The notes under the pieces: model-generated
What the model saw: only the letters and a program-made list of their open reading frames with translations
What the model was told of the DNA's origin: nothing
Databases searched by the model: none
Program-made: the position numbers and the translations under genes
From: Bacteroidota bacterium
GTDB lineage: Bacteria > Bacteroidota > Bacteroidia > J057
Reading direction: 5' to 3'
Assembly (NCBI GenBank): GCA_039819665.1
Contig: JBCBRM010000035.1
Span: 25,343-89,342, forward strand
DNA length: 64,000 bases
Shown here: positions 1-9,205 of the stretch, one piece after another
Layout: each line of letters opens with the position of its first letter
Position numbering within the stretch: the stretch's first letter is position 1

Positions 1-610
1 TATCTAGCAGAAACTTTTCCGTCCCGGCAAACATTTGAAAACCTGGGAGTTCTTTAACTATACCCGACATATGCTCCCAATTTCCGCTCGAGTCCTTCAT
101 GCCCACAATATTGTTGGGATAAAGGCTTGCCAGCTCTTTGGTCAACTCAATGGAAAATGATACTCCACTCATTTGAGGAATGTGGTACAAGTAAAGCCTA
201 ACCTCCGGATTGTCTATTTTCTCCAATAACAATTTAAAATAAGCCTTAAGACCTTCATCAGTCGCTTTATAATAAAAAGGTGGCAACATCAGGAGATCCT
301 TGACTCCATGTTTCAGCGCATGAGTGCTCAATTTCACCGTATCCGGAAATGCACAGCAACCCGTCCCCAGCATAATTTTGTTTGCGGGTATTCCCCCTTC
401 TATCAAAGCTTCAAGGACTTCCATGCGTTCATCTACAGTAAAGGAATTGGCTTCTCCGGTAGTCCCTAAAACGGCGATGGCATCACTTCCATGCTCAAGA
501 AGCCAGCGACAGTGCGCTACAAGTTTGGGATGATCAACAGAAAGATCTGCTTTAAGAGGAGTGAGATTTGCAGTTAGGACTCCTTTGAGTAAATGGGTAG
601 ATGCTTGCAT
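1..610 (-). CDS. DapA/NanA-family (dihydrodipicolinate synthase-like) class I aldolase; C-terminus runs off the left window edge
   Basis: My own minus-strand translation from ATG at 610-608 gives MQASTHLLKGVLTANLTPLKADLSVDHPKLVAHCRWLLEHGSDAIAVLGTTGEANSFTVDERMEV...LYHIPQMSGV...VGMKDSSGNWEH. GTTGE and the KDS(S)G Schiff-base lysine motif are family hallmarks. It is absent from the ORF track because no stop codon lies inside the window. Confidence 0.8.
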   Translation of the reverse strand, partial: MQASTHLLKGVLTANLTPLKADLSVDHPKLVAHCRWLLEHGSDAIAVLGTTGEANSFTVDERMEVLEALIEGGIPANKIMLGTGCCAFPDTVKLSTHALKHGVKDLLMLPPFYYKATDEGLKAYFKLLLEKIDNPEVRLYLYHIPQMSGVSFSIELTKELASLYPNNIVGMKDSSGNWEHMSGIVKELPGFQMFAGTEKFLLD

Positions 611-685
611 ATATTCTTCTTAGAAAAACATAATTCTGCATTCTTTTCCTGAGAATCAAATTTTAATCAAAATATCTATACAAAC

Positions 686-1246
686 TCAGGGCAAACGAAA
701 CCCTATAAAAAAGGAAATACTCCTGTTTCTGTTAAGAGGAAACGAGACTTCGGTAGGGGGCAAACCAGGACCTGAAAAACGATTATACTGAAGCATGGAA
801 GTTTGTGGCACCCAATTCAGACTGAAACCACCGATTAGTCTGAAAGGAAAATTATACCCAGCATGGAGCCGGATATAGGGAGCTGAAAATCTTCTGCTCA
901 AATTGATGGTATAAGTGTTTCGATGACGGCGCATGGAAAACAAAAGCCCTGTTTCAAACTTCAACATGACTTTATCCAATTCTTTCCTCATTTGAATTCC
1001 CAGACCATGATGCATGATACTATCAAGCCCATCAACATATCCCCAATGGCTATAGGAAGGACCCAAATCCCCTAATTTCTTGAAGCTGAGACCAGCGTGA
1101 AGATGGGTAAGGATGAAGGAATTATTTACGAAAACGGGAATAAATGATCCATAGATGTCTGCAGAAAATGATTTTTCAAAGTTCTCATTCTGGGAAAACC
1201 CAAGCAGAACAGAGCAAAAAAGTAAAAGTGCAAGAATGGTTTTCAT
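686..1246 (-). CDS. small secreted/outer-membrane-type hypothetical protein (tandem paralog 1)
   Basis: 186-aa ORF with signal peptide MKTILALLLFCSVLLGFSQ. Clearly homologous to the adjacent ORF 1246..1824 (DIYGSFIPV...LHAGLSFKK vs DLYGSFIPI...LHAGFSFQK; both end GF(R/S)LP). No family recognised. Confidence 0.7.
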   Translation of the reverse strand: MKTILALLLFCSVLLGFSQNENFEKSFSADIYGSFIPVFVNNSFILTHLHAGLSFKKLGDLGPSYSHWGYVDGLDSIMHHGLGIQMRKELDKVMLKFETGLLFSMRRHRNTYTINLSRRFSAPYIRLHAGYNFPFRLIGGFSLNWVPQTSMLQYNRFSGPGLPPTEVSFPLNRNRSISFFIGFRLP

Positions 1247-1824
1247 TAGGGTAAGCTAAAACCAAAAAATAAAGATAAACTCAAATGTTTATTGAGAGGT
1301 TTTTGAAAACTATCGATCGGAGGAGCAGGAGGCCTCGCGTAAGAGGTGAAGATTATGTATTTACTTTCCGGAATAACATTCAGATTGACTCCCAATACTA
1401 TCATTTTCTTTAAACGAAAGCCTGTATGCAACCGAAAATATCCGACCCTTCCTCCAGGTCTGATCGAAACGGTATAATCTTCATTCACTTTGCGATAATT
1501 CAACAATAAGCCGTACTCAAGTTTCAAAATAGCTTTTCGTAGGGGAGCCCGATATTGAAGACCTATTCCCATATAATTGTTGCTTTCATAGGTATTTCCA
1601 TTCGCCCATCTACTTAAAACCGGCCCAAAATTCTCCATTTTCTGAAAGCTAAAACCTGCATGTAGACTAGCAAGGACATGAAAGGCTCCCGTAGGTATGG
1701 GGATAAAAGAACCATATAAATCAAAGCCAAAAGGGAAGAAGTAGCTACTATCTCTTTTTTGTGCACTGACTTTCGACGCCAAAGCAAACACCAGGAGGAT
1801 AGAAATGAATAGCCTACTTTTCAT
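1246..1824 (-). CDS. small secreted/outer-membrane-type hypothetical protein (tandem paralog 2)
   Basis: 192-aa ORF with signal peptide MKSRLFISILLVFALASKVSAQ. Paralog of 686..1246. Its TAA stop shares one nucleotide with the ATG of the next gene (TAATG on the minus strand at 1244-1248). Confidence 0.7.
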   Translation of the reverse strand: MKSRLFISILLVFALASKVSAQKRDSSYFFPFGFDLYGSFIPIPTGAFHVLASLHAGFSFQKMENFGPVLSRWANGNTYESNNYMGIGLQYRAPLRKAILKLEYGLLLNYRKVNEDYTVSIRPGGRVGYFRLHTGFRLKKMIVLGVNLNVIPESKYIIFTSYARPPAPPIDSFQKPLNKHLSLSLFFGFSLP

Positions 1825-2006
1825 TTGACAATGAAATCATTTCAAACATGGGGACAGAATGCTTTCTAAACATCAAACCCCGGGACCACAAAGTCCTTTT
1901 CTTGTTGTGAATGCAGGAAGGTATAGGAAAATGCCAGTAGTATTCAGCAGAGAAGTGTTTTCATGACCGTTTCCAGTCAAATATAAATAGAGATCAGAAT
2001 TTCCCC

Positions 2007-2041
2007 AAAAACAAAAAAATGAGCCAGCTTTCACCGGCTCA
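2007..2041 (-). terminator. rho-independent terminator downstream of the YegP-like gene
   Basis: Minus-strand RNA reads UGAGCCGG-UGAAAG-CUGGCUCA followed by UUUUUUUGUUUUU. The stem is 2020-2027 / 2034-2041 (7 of 8 pairs), and the plus-strand A-run is 2007-2019. Confidence 0.7.
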
Positions 2042-2131
2042 ATCCTTTCTCTCAGCACATTTGCTTTAGGACTAAGAAAATGTTTAGCGAAATAAAGCTG
2101 AGTGATCGGGGAATCTTTGTTTGTCAGATTC

Positions 2132-2854
2132 TTATTTTTTGTCTAGTTCTACCAGAGGATAGAGAGTATAATCCTCAGTAGGAGCACCAGAGGCAGTTTG
2201 TTTTACGGAAGCTGCACTATTATCTCTGCTAGCTTCTGTTCCAAACATTTCGCTGGTTCCAACTATGGATCCATTGGCTGACTTCAAATTGAAATAGAAT
2301 TCACCATTCTTAGCAGTCAGTTTGTCAAAGTTCTCATCATCTTTAGAAGCTGCCTGAACGGCATCGATACCTCCTTTAGCTCCAGCTTTACTTGAGTAGC
2401 CTTCACTAGCCAGGATGATTTCACCATTTGAAGCATATAGCCTGAAGCGATATTCTCCAGCCTTGTCTTCAAAGATTTGGAACTTTGGATTCGGATGTGC
2501 TTCAAATCCAGTAGTGGTGTCCTCAATAGCTGCTTCAGGAGCAGTATTCATAGTTGATTGAACACCATTGTCTCTTCCACTTTCAGATTCGTAACTCTGA
2601 CTGGTAGCCACTACCTGTCCATTTTTTGCAATAATTGAAAAAGAGAACTTGTCTCCGGAATCAGAAGTTTTTTTGCGGTAGTTTCCTTCGTCCGTACCAT
2701 TTTCTTTTACGCTGCGGATACCATTGATCGCGCTGTCCTTTTGCTTGTAAGCTTCGCTGGAAACCAGGATGTTCCCGTTCACAGATTTTAGGCGAAAATA
2801 AAATTGATCGTCTTTGCCTTTAAAGATTTGAAATTTTGGATGTGGAATTTCCAT
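2132..2854 (-). CDS. YegP/DUF1508-family protein with four tandem DUF1508 repeats
   Basis: 240-aa ORF with four repeats: PKFQIFKGKDDQFYFRLKSVNGNILVSSEAYKQKDSAINGIRSV; KFSFSIIAKNGQVVATSQSYESESGRDNGVQS; PKFQIFEDKAGEYRFRLYASNGEIILASEGYSSKAGAKGGIDAV; GEFYFNLKSANGSIVGTSEMFGTEASRDNSAASV. Confidence 0.8.
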   Translation of the reverse strand: MEIPHPKFQIFKGKDDQFYFRLKSVNGNILVSSEAYKQKDSAINGIRSVKENGTDEGNYRKKTSDSGDKFSFSIIAKNGQVVATSQSYESESGRDNGVQSTMNTAPEAAIEDTTTGFEAHPNPKFQIFEDKAGEYRFRLYASNGEIILASEGYSSKAGAKGGIDAVQAASKDDENFDKLTAKNGEFYFNLKSANGSIVGTSEMFGTEASRDNSAASVKQTASGAPTEDYTLYPLVELDKK

Positions 2855-3114
2855 GTAGATTTGTGTTAATGTTTAAATTCGTATATCAATAAAAATGTAC
2901 CCCTTTTTAGACTTTTCGAGCAGAAATCAAAATAGAGCGTTAAGATTTCGCACTCATCTTTTGCGAGGAAATTGAAGTAAAGCTATTTAAGCTGAGCCGT
3001 TAATCTACGGCTGCTAGTTTACCTCTACATAAATACAAAGTTAATTCCCCAGTAAGGATATCAATACCTGGACTTGAGATAAGAACAAAGCAAAAACTGT
3101 ACTAAAGGCAAAAT

Positions 3115-3729
3115 TCAGAGAAATTGAGTTATCTTTTTTAGCCAATCATGTCCACTTGAGAATTGAATCTGTAGCCATTCCTTCAATATATTGAGTTTTT
3201 CTTTTTCGATTAGAGGTATTGCCCGATCAAAATCCAGCTGATCTTTTTCCTTAATCTCATTTTTTGCTTTATAAAGAAGCTGTATTTCAGGTGCCAAATA
3301 GGGAACAGCAGGAGATGTATAGCAAAACATGTCATCAAGACTTCCTCTTATAGCAGGATTTCGCTTAAATATCCATTCCTTTTCATCCCGATCATTCAGC
3401 ATAAGTTGAAACCTCCAGGGTGCTGCCGGATGCTCTCTCCCCCAAATATCACTTATCTTTCCCTTGAGAAATTCGCCCTCTTTCCAACTTTCTAAGCCCG
3501 GTAAAGCAGCTCGATGCATTTCCCACTCTTGAAAATGAGATTGGATATGTAATTGATCTTCCCTCAACAGGAAGATATCTATATCCCCATGAGGCCTAAA
3601 GCTTTCACCAACAAATAATTCAATTGCATATCCGCCGGCAATGCACCAGGATCGGTCAAAGCCCTCCATCAGAGAATGCATTTTCTCTACACCATAAGCT
3701 TCCCAATGGTATTGCTCACTTTCAGCCAT
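3115..3729 (-). CDS. nucleotidyltransferase-fold protein (aminoglycoside 2''-nucleotidyltransferase-like family)
   Basis: 204-aa ORF. WCIAGGYAIELFVGESFRPHGDIDIFLLRED matches the G-G...H-x-D-x-D minimal nucleotidyltransferase signature of that family. The substrate cannot be inferred. Confidence 0.55.
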   Translation of the reverse strand: MAESEQYHWEAYGVEKMHSLMEGFDRSWCIAGGYAIELFVGESFRPHGDIDIFLLREDQLHIQSHFQEWEMHRAALPGLESWKEGEFLKGKISDIWGREHPAAPWRFQLMLNDRDEKEWIFKRNPAIRGSLDDMFCYTSPAVPYLAPEIQLLYKAKNEIKEKDQLDFDRAIPLIEKEKLNILKEWLQIQFSSGHDWLKKITQFL

Positions 3730-3791
3730 AAAAGGAATATTTTGCTTCTGAATATCGTTAACTTTTTAGGATATATCTTAATTCCCTATTT

Positions 3792-4475
3792 GTGAAGAAG
3801 CTTTTCCCTTATTCCTTCCCGCCATTTGTTTCCACAATTCTTCTGTGTATTTACTTTATTTTTCTTCTTTCTGCCAGGCTTGTGGCACAGGTAGAGCCTG
3901 CAGGGGAATGGGCTTCCATGGAAATTGAAGTATCTTATTTTGGTGAAATGATGTGGCATCCTGGAGCACAAATTGGAGTCAATTTTCCCTACACAGAGCG
4001 ATCCATTGCCAGAGAGAAAAAAAACAAGAAGCGTGGGACCTATTTTGTCGAAAGAAAACGTCAATTCATTTTGGGAGGAAACGTAGCCGCTTATTCCCAA
4101 CCTAATAATCATTTCGGCCTTCTGACAAATGCAGAATTTGGCTATAGAAGCTTAAAAAGCAAATCTTTCAAAGCTGAGAAGATCAAATTTTGGGAAGTTG
4201 ATTTGGGATTGGGTTTTTATCATTATGAATTGGCAGGGAGTACATTTATTAAAACAGAATCTGGCTTTGAAGAAATTAAGGGCAATGGGAATGCCTTTAT
4301 GCCATCCCTATCGATTGCTACAGGTCGTAGTCTCCGCCTATCTTCTCTGAAGATACTATGGTTCAATAAAATCAGTGCGGCCTGGGAAATCCCCTTTAAC
4401 ATAGGAAGCCAATATCATTTCATCTTTCAGAGCGGTTTTGCAATTCCCCTTAGAGAAAATAAGTCCAGAAAATGA
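3792..4475 (+). CDS. secreted hypothetical protein (outer-membrane-like)
   Basis: 227-aa ORF starting with GTG, signal-like N-terminus MKKLFPYSFPPFVSTILLCIYFIFLLSARLVAQ. Its stop overlaps the next gene's start (ATGA at 4472-4475), suggesting co-translation. No family recognised. Confidence 0.6.
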   Translation: MKKLFPYSFPPFVSTILLCIYFIFLLSARLVAQVEPAGEWASMEIEVSYFGEMMWHPGAQIGVNFPYTERSIAREKKNKKRGTYFVERKRQFILGGNVAAYSQPNNHFGLLTNAEFGYRSLKSKSFKAEKIKFWEVDLGLGFYHYELAGSTFIKTESGFEEIKGNGNAFMPSLSIATGRSLRLSSLKILWFNKISAAWEIPFNIGSQYHFIFQSGFAIPLRENKSRK

Positions 4476-5554
4476 ATCGAATCCTCCTATACACCCTGCT
4501 ATTCCTATCTGGCCTTCAAATGGCCTGCGAAAGTGATGTTATCTCGACTGGATCCAGGGTCGATGAGCTAATCTGGTTGGAACATAAAGGTGCTCAGATG
4601 CCCGTATGGGTAGAGGGAAATTCTGCCAATAATACCCTGGTTATCATATTACATGGCGGCCCGGGAGGGAATGCACGGGTGTACAATGATCTGTTGAAAG
4701 TGATGTCTGACGGTTTGGAAGAAAATTATCTTGTCGCCTATTGGGATCAGCGTTCTTCGGGAAATTCCAGAGGAAATTATGACAAGGAGGCCGTATCTCT
4801 AAATCAGATGCGGGAAGACCTGGATTTGGTCGTTGATCTCATGAAAGATCAATATGGGGCAGGCTTAAAAGTATTCCTTCTGGGACATAGCTGGGGAGGA
4901 TATTTGGGAAATTATTATCTTCTCAATAAGCTGAGTCAAAACAAAATTACAGGCTGGATAGATGTAGATGGCGCACACAACATACGTAAACTGACTCTAG
5001 ACGGGCTCGTATTAATGGAGGAAATCGCCACTCAGCAAATCCAGGCAGATACTGAAGTTATTAATGGATGGCAAGGGATTCTGGATTTCACCCAAAACTT
5101 TGACACCACAGACTTAGATGATACTGAGCGCTTTCTGGAAGTCAATGCAAAAGCTGGAGCTGCCGAAGTTCTAGCCTATCAGGATGAGCTCATCGATGCA
5201 AGTATTCCGAATTTTGAAGACCTCTGGCAACACATAGCAGGAGCCAATCATCCTGTAACAGGCCTTACCAATTCATACCAAATTGCACGGACGCAACTTT
5301 TAGATGAGGCAATTGGTTTTCCTCTGACAAACGAACTGGACAAGATTAAAATTCCAACCTTGCTCTTATGGGGAAAATTCGATTTTGTGGTGCCACCCAG
5401 CCTTGGAGAAGAAATGCTGGATAAATTAGGGACACCTGATGACAGAAAATCTCTAGTCATTTATGAAAATTCCGGCCATTCTCCCATGGATGGAGATGGA
5501 GCGGCTTTCACACAGGAAGTCATAGATTTTGTTGAGAATTACCGTCAGCAGTAG
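4472..5554 (+). CDS. alpha/beta hydrolase lipoprotein (proline iminopeptidase-like, S33-type)
   Basis: 360-aa ORF. Lipobox LSGLQMAC, oxyanion-hole HGGPGG, nucleophile elbow GHSWGG, late GHSPM segment. Confidence 0.75.
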   Translation: MNRILLYTLLFLSGLQMACESDVISTGSRVDELIWLEHKGAQMPVWVEGNSANNTLVIILHGGPGGNARVYNDLLKVMSDGLEENYLVAYWDQRSSGNSRGNYDKEAVSLNQMREDLDLVVDLMKDQYGAGLKVFLLGHSWGGYLGNYYLLNKLSQNKITGWIDVDGAHNIRKLTLDGLVLMEEIATQQIQADTEVINGWQGILDFTQNFDTTDLDDTERFLEVNAKAGAAEVLAYQDELIDASIPNFEDLWQHIAGANHPVTGLTNSYQIARTQLLDEAIGFPLTNELDKIKIPTLLLWGKFDFVVPPSLGEEMLDKLGTPDDRKSLVIYENSGHSPMDGDGAAFTQEVIDFVENYRQQ

Positions 5555-5671
5555 AAATCAATCATTTCTTATTTCCTGAGGCGACTTTAGAAAAATTCCT
5601 TAGATTTATTCCTACTGAATCCTTCCCTCTCGGGAAGCTTTACTTATCACCCTAAACACTATAACTACTAC

Positions 5672-6526
5672 ATGAAACTTATCAGATTTGGCCAAAAAGG
5701 AGCCGAAAAACCTGCCGTATATTTTGAGGGAAAAAGATGGGATTGTTCCTCACACTTTACAGATTGGAATAGAGAATTCTTCCAAAATGGAGGGATGCAG
5801 GAGCTTGAGAAATTACTCGCTTCAGGAATTTCGCTAGAAGAAGTTTCTTCAGATGAAAGATGGGGAGCCCCTATCGCCAGACCGGGTATGATTATGTGTA
5901 TTGGATTAAATTACTCTGATCATGCCAAAGAATCCGGCATGGCCATACCGGAGGAGCCAATTATTTTTATGAAGGCCAGTAATACCTTAGGGGGTCCCTT
6001 TGATGAAGTTACGATTCCTAAAAACAGTGATAAAACGGATTGGGAGGTCGAATTAGGAATTATTTTGGAGAAAGATATATATCAACTGGAAAATGAGGAG
6101 GAAGCAGTAGCAGCAATAGCTGGCTATTGTGTTGTCAATGATATTTCCGAACGACATTTCCAGATCGAAAGGGGAGGGCAGTGGACTAAAGGGAAATCCT
6201 GCCCCGGATTCAGCCCTTGCGGACCATTTTTGGTGAGTAAGGATGAAATTTCTAATGTGAACGTTCTCTCTATGAGCCTGGACGTAAATGGCCAACGCAT
6301 GCAGACTGGCAATACGGATAAAATGATTTTTAATCCCGCCTACAGTTTGTGGTACCTATCGCAATTTATGCTACTCGAAGCAGGAGATCTGATTTCTACG
6401 GGTACACCTCCCGGAGTAGGCTTAGGGATGGATCCTCCTACCTATTTGAAAGATGGGGATGTGGTTGATTTAGAAATCGAAGGATTGGGTAAGCAGAAAC
6501 AGATCTTTAGCAAACAATCAAGATGA
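5672..6526 (+). CDS. fumarylacetoacetate hydrolase (FAH) family protein, probably a 2,4-diketo-3-deoxy-sugar-acid hydrolase / 2-keto-4-pentenoate hydratase type
   Basis: 284-aa ORF with typical FAH C-terminal domain features: IMCIGLNYSDHAKE, DWEVELGIIL, VVNDISER, GKSCPGFSPCGP, GDLISTGTPPGVG. Confidence 0.85.
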   Translation: MKLIRFGQKGAEKPAVYFEGKRWDCSSHFTDWNREFFQNGGMQELEKLLASGISLEEVSSDERWGAPIARPGMIMCIGLNYSDHAKESGMAIPEEPIIFMKASNTLGGPFDEVTIPKNSDKTDWEVELGIILEKDIYQLENEEEAVAAIAGYCVVNDISERHFQIERGGQWTKGKSCPGFSPCGPFLVSKDEISNVNVLSMSLDVNGQRMQTGNTDKMIFNPAYSLWYLSQFMLLEAGDLISTGTPPGVGLGMDPPTYLKDGDVVDLEIEGLGKQKQIFSKQSR

Positions 6527-7308
6527 GCGACTTATTCAAATTGACAAATAAGGTTGCCATCATTACCGGAGGTGCCAAAGGTATAGGTGCTGCGATTTCA
6601 AAGCTTTTCGCCCAGCAAGAGGCGATTGTCCATTTTATCGATTTAGATGTAGAAGCTGGAGAAAAGCTGGAGGGAGTAATACGAAAGACAGGAGGAAAAG
6701 CCTGGTTTCACGAACTGGACCTAACTGAACATAATAAAATAGGAGTTTTATTTGAGGAAATATACCAGCGCTCAGGTAGCTTGGATATTCTGGTCAATAA
6801 TGCTGCTGTAGCCCATATAGGTACTGCAGAAAACACCTCGCCTGAAGACCTTGACAGGATCTATCAGGTGAACGTCAAGAGTGTATATAGCTGCTTGCAT
6901 TTCGGAATTCCTCTTATGAAAGCTTCGGGAGGAGGATCCATCCTGAATATGGCTTCTATTGCTTCTGTCCTGGGACTTTCGGATAGATTCGCCTACTCCA
7001 TGAGTAAAGGAGCTGTATACACCATGACCTTCTCAGTTGCTAAGGATTATCTGGGAGATAAGATTCGTTGCAATGCAATAGGACCTGCCAGAGTTCATAC
7101 TCCTTTCGTAGATGGCTACCTTAAAGAAAATTTTCCAGGAAAAGAAAATGAGATGTTTGAAAAGTTCTCCAAAACCCAACCTATCGGTAGGATGGGTAAA
7201 CCGGAAGAAATAGCAGCTCTTGCTACCTATCTTTGTTCGGATGCAGCGGCTTTTGTCACTGGAAGCTTTTATCCCATTGATGGAGGTTTTTTAACCCTAA
7301 ATTCCTAA
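6523..7308 (+). CDS. short-chain dehydrogenase/reductase (SDR)
   Basis: 261-aa ORF. Cofactor motif TGGAKGIGAA, NNAA, catalytic YSMSK (YxxxK). Overlaps the FAH gene by 4 nt (ATGA). Confidence 0.9.
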   Translation: MSDLFKLTNKVAIITGGAKGIGAAISKLFAQQEAIVHFIDLDVEAGEKLEGVIRKTGGKAWFHELDLTEHNKIGVLFEEIYQRSGSLDILVNNAAVAHIGTAENTSPEDLDRIYQVNVKSVYSCLHFGIPLMKASGGGSILNMASIASVLGLSDRFAYSMSKGAVYTMTFSVAKDYLGDKIRCNAIGPARVHTPFVDGYLKENFPGKENEMFEKFSKTQPIGRMGKPEEIAALATYLCSDAAAFVTGSFYPIDGGFLTLNS

Positions 7309-7335
7309 AAAAGCCCCCTCTTAGCTGGAGGGGGT
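7307..7335 (-). terminator. hairpin terminator between convergent genes (U-tract only on the minus-strand transcript)
   Basis: GCCCCCTC (7313-7320), loop TTAGCTG, GAGGGGGT (7328-7335), preceded on the plus strand by AAAAAA (7307-7312). The minus-strand RNA therefore ends hairpin + UUUUUU. Confidence 0.6.
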
Positions 7336-7381
7336 ATCAAGGAGAAATTGCCTTATTCGGCAAGTTTAACCCAATCTATTT

Positions 7382-8068
7382 CTATTGGTGCTGATCTTCA
7401 TCTCCATCATCCCCTAGCTGAATTTTACACAGTGCACAAGCAGTACGAGTAACAATCGCTCCTCCTATATCACCCCTTTGTGTGGCAATGGTGCCAACAA
7501 TACACATCCAGCACGATACGGGTAATGGTCCTGATGTATTTTCTCCATCCAATCCCAAAATATCCTGAACTGATACACTTCCAATATCAGAAGCATCGCT
7601 TTGATTGATAAATGCGTTTAATTGTTCCTGTTTACTTGCTGAGAGGAAGCGTAATGACTGCTCTTTCACATTAACTTTGAAAATCAGATCCTTCAGTTGA
7701 AAAATTCCATCTGAATTAAATAGGAATCCTTTCAGATAATCATCAGTGCGATTTTGCACATAATTTTCAGCAGAAGGATCGGGATGATACTCACCCTTTC
7801 CATGAACCATGGATTTAAAATGAGCTACAAATGATTGGTCGCTTGTATTGGCGGCTAATTTTTCAAAAGCTTCAAAGCTATGAAAGTTGATGCGACCGTC
7901 CTCCAGGCTCATTTCATAAGGAGAAATAGCTGATCCTAGCTGAAGTTCCACTTTCCCCTCATAAATAGGAGAAATAGGCTTGTTATCTTGCTCAAATTCG
8001 GCTTGAGAACAGGAAGCAAAAAAGAAAAGAGAAAGAATGATGAGTAAAAGTTGGATTGTGTTTTTCAT
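7382..8068 (-). CDS. hypothetical lipoprotein with Cys-rich acidic C-terminal tail
   Basis: The ORF is open to 8134, but the internal Met at 8068 gives a canonical lipoprotein signal MKNTIQLLLIILSLFFFASC. The C-terminus is VSCWMCIVGTIATQRGDIGGAIVTRTACALCKIQLGDDGDEDQHQ. No family recognised. Confidence 0.6.
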   Translation of the reverse strand: MKNTIQLLLIILSLFFFASCSQAEFEQDNKPISPIYEGKVELQLGSAISPYEMSLEDGRINFHSFEAFEKLAANTSDQSFVAHFKSMVHGKGEYHPDPSAENYVQNRTDDYLKGFLFNSDGIFQLKDLIFKVNVKEQSLRFLSASKQEQLNAFINQSDASDIGSVSVQDILGLDGENTSGPLPVSCWMCIVGTIATQRGDIGGAIVTRTACALCKIQLGDDGDEDQHQ

Positions 8069-8186
8069 AATTAGGCATTCTACATTAGGTACAGTCCATT
8101 CTCGTAACGGACCTTTAATTAACTTAGACCCCATCCTTGAGAGCTATGTCAACATCCCCATGAAAAAATGCAAGACTTGAAAAAAC

Positions 8187-9200
8187 TTATTTCTTTATGA
8201 GGGGGAAATCCACTACTTCTTTCCGCGAATTCACCTTTAACTTTCCATATACATTGCGCACATGAGACTTAACTGTAGTTAGCTCAATATGCAGCTTTTC
8301 AGAAATTTCCTTATTGGACTTCCCTTCCCTTATCAGGCCAAAAACTTTTCTTTCCTGCAGGCTCAATTCCTGTAGTAAATGCTGGGGTCCTTCCTGGGCT
8401 CTATTTTTCACCCAATGATAAAGCGGCCAGAAAAGTAAGCCAATTATCAAAAAGCAGAAGGATATGATCCCCTGCGAAAATGCTGGCCGTTCTACAAGCA
8501 CCTGGTACTGAATAGAGGACCGAAAATCATCCAGATACGAATTATCTATCCCTTTCCAGCGATCAAAGAAGCTATGATAATAATCAGGATTCTCAAGGTA
8601 GTGAGCCTCCGCATGCGTTTGGGAAAGGGCATAAAGTGCCAGCAAAAGATTTTGGGTACTGTCCGCCAGATGCCTGAGCTTTTCATCTCGTGCTATTTTC
8701 AAATATTCCCGTCCCAAAGAAAAGTCAAAAGAAGCATTGGCTTCATATTCTGCCAGGATTTGATCCACCTGAAGCAAGCCCGGATTTACATAACAGGAAT
8801 TGAAAAGCAGCTTCCCCCAAAGAATGCTATCTGATTTTGCAGTCAAATTGCAGGAAAGTTGAGGATTACCAATTAAAAAGAAATGGTTGTGATCATTTCC
8901 TCCAATTATGATGGTAGAAGGAGGATCTCCTTTTTTACTAACATGAATCCTGTACAGTTTGTCTCCCTGTGGCAAATAATCTCCCTGAAAACGAAAGTTA
9001 CCCTCTTGATCCAAAGGCGTATGCATAACAATCATGTCTTGAGAAACCGTATGCATATCCTCTAAACTAGGAATCAGGGATAGATAAACCACTTTCTCCC
9101 AGCTACTATCGGCACGCACAGTCCCTTCAATGAGGAACTGTGCTTGGGAAGAGTAAGATAAAAACAGAAAGCTCAGAAGCAGTAGTCTGTACTTTAGCAT
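8187..9200 (-). CDS. membrane-anchored LuxR-family transcriptional regulator with extracytoplasmic N-terminal domain
   Basis: 337-aa ORF. Order of parts: signal peptide MLKYRLLLLSFLFLSYSSQAQ; about 230-aa exported domain; TM helix GIISFCFLIIGLLFWPLY; C-terminal LuxR HTH LSLQERKVFGLIREGKSNKEISEKLHIELTTVKSHVRNVYGKLKV. Confidence 0.8.
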   Translation of the reverse strand: MLKYRLLLLSFLFLSYSSQAQFLIEGTVRADSSWEKVVYLSLIPSLEDMHTVSQDMIVMHTPLDQEGNFRFQGDYLPQGDKLYRIHVSKKGDPPSTIIIGGNDHNHFFLIGNPQLSCNLTAKSDSILWGKLLFNSCYVNPGLLQVDQILAEYEANASFDFSLGREYLKIARDEKLRHLADSTQNLLLALYALSQTHAEAHYLENPDYYHSFFDRWKGIDNSYLDDFRSSIQYQVLVERPAFSQGIISFCFLIIGLLFWPLYHWVKNRAQEGPQHLLQELSLQERKVFGLIREGKSNKEISEKLHIELTTVKSHVRNVYGKLKVNSRKEVVDFPLIKK

Positions 9201-9205
9201 ATATC

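Noticed and set aside
1873-2058. 61-aa minus-strand ORF between the tandem paralogs and the YegP gene
   Set aside because: It spans the YegP terminator hairpin and its T-tract (2007-2041), has a low-complexity sequence, and has no supporting features.
3786-4112. 108-aa minus-strand ORF
   Set aside because: It lies entirely antisense to the better-supported signal-peptide ORF 3792..4475, which is translationally coupled to the next gene. It is a shadow ORF.
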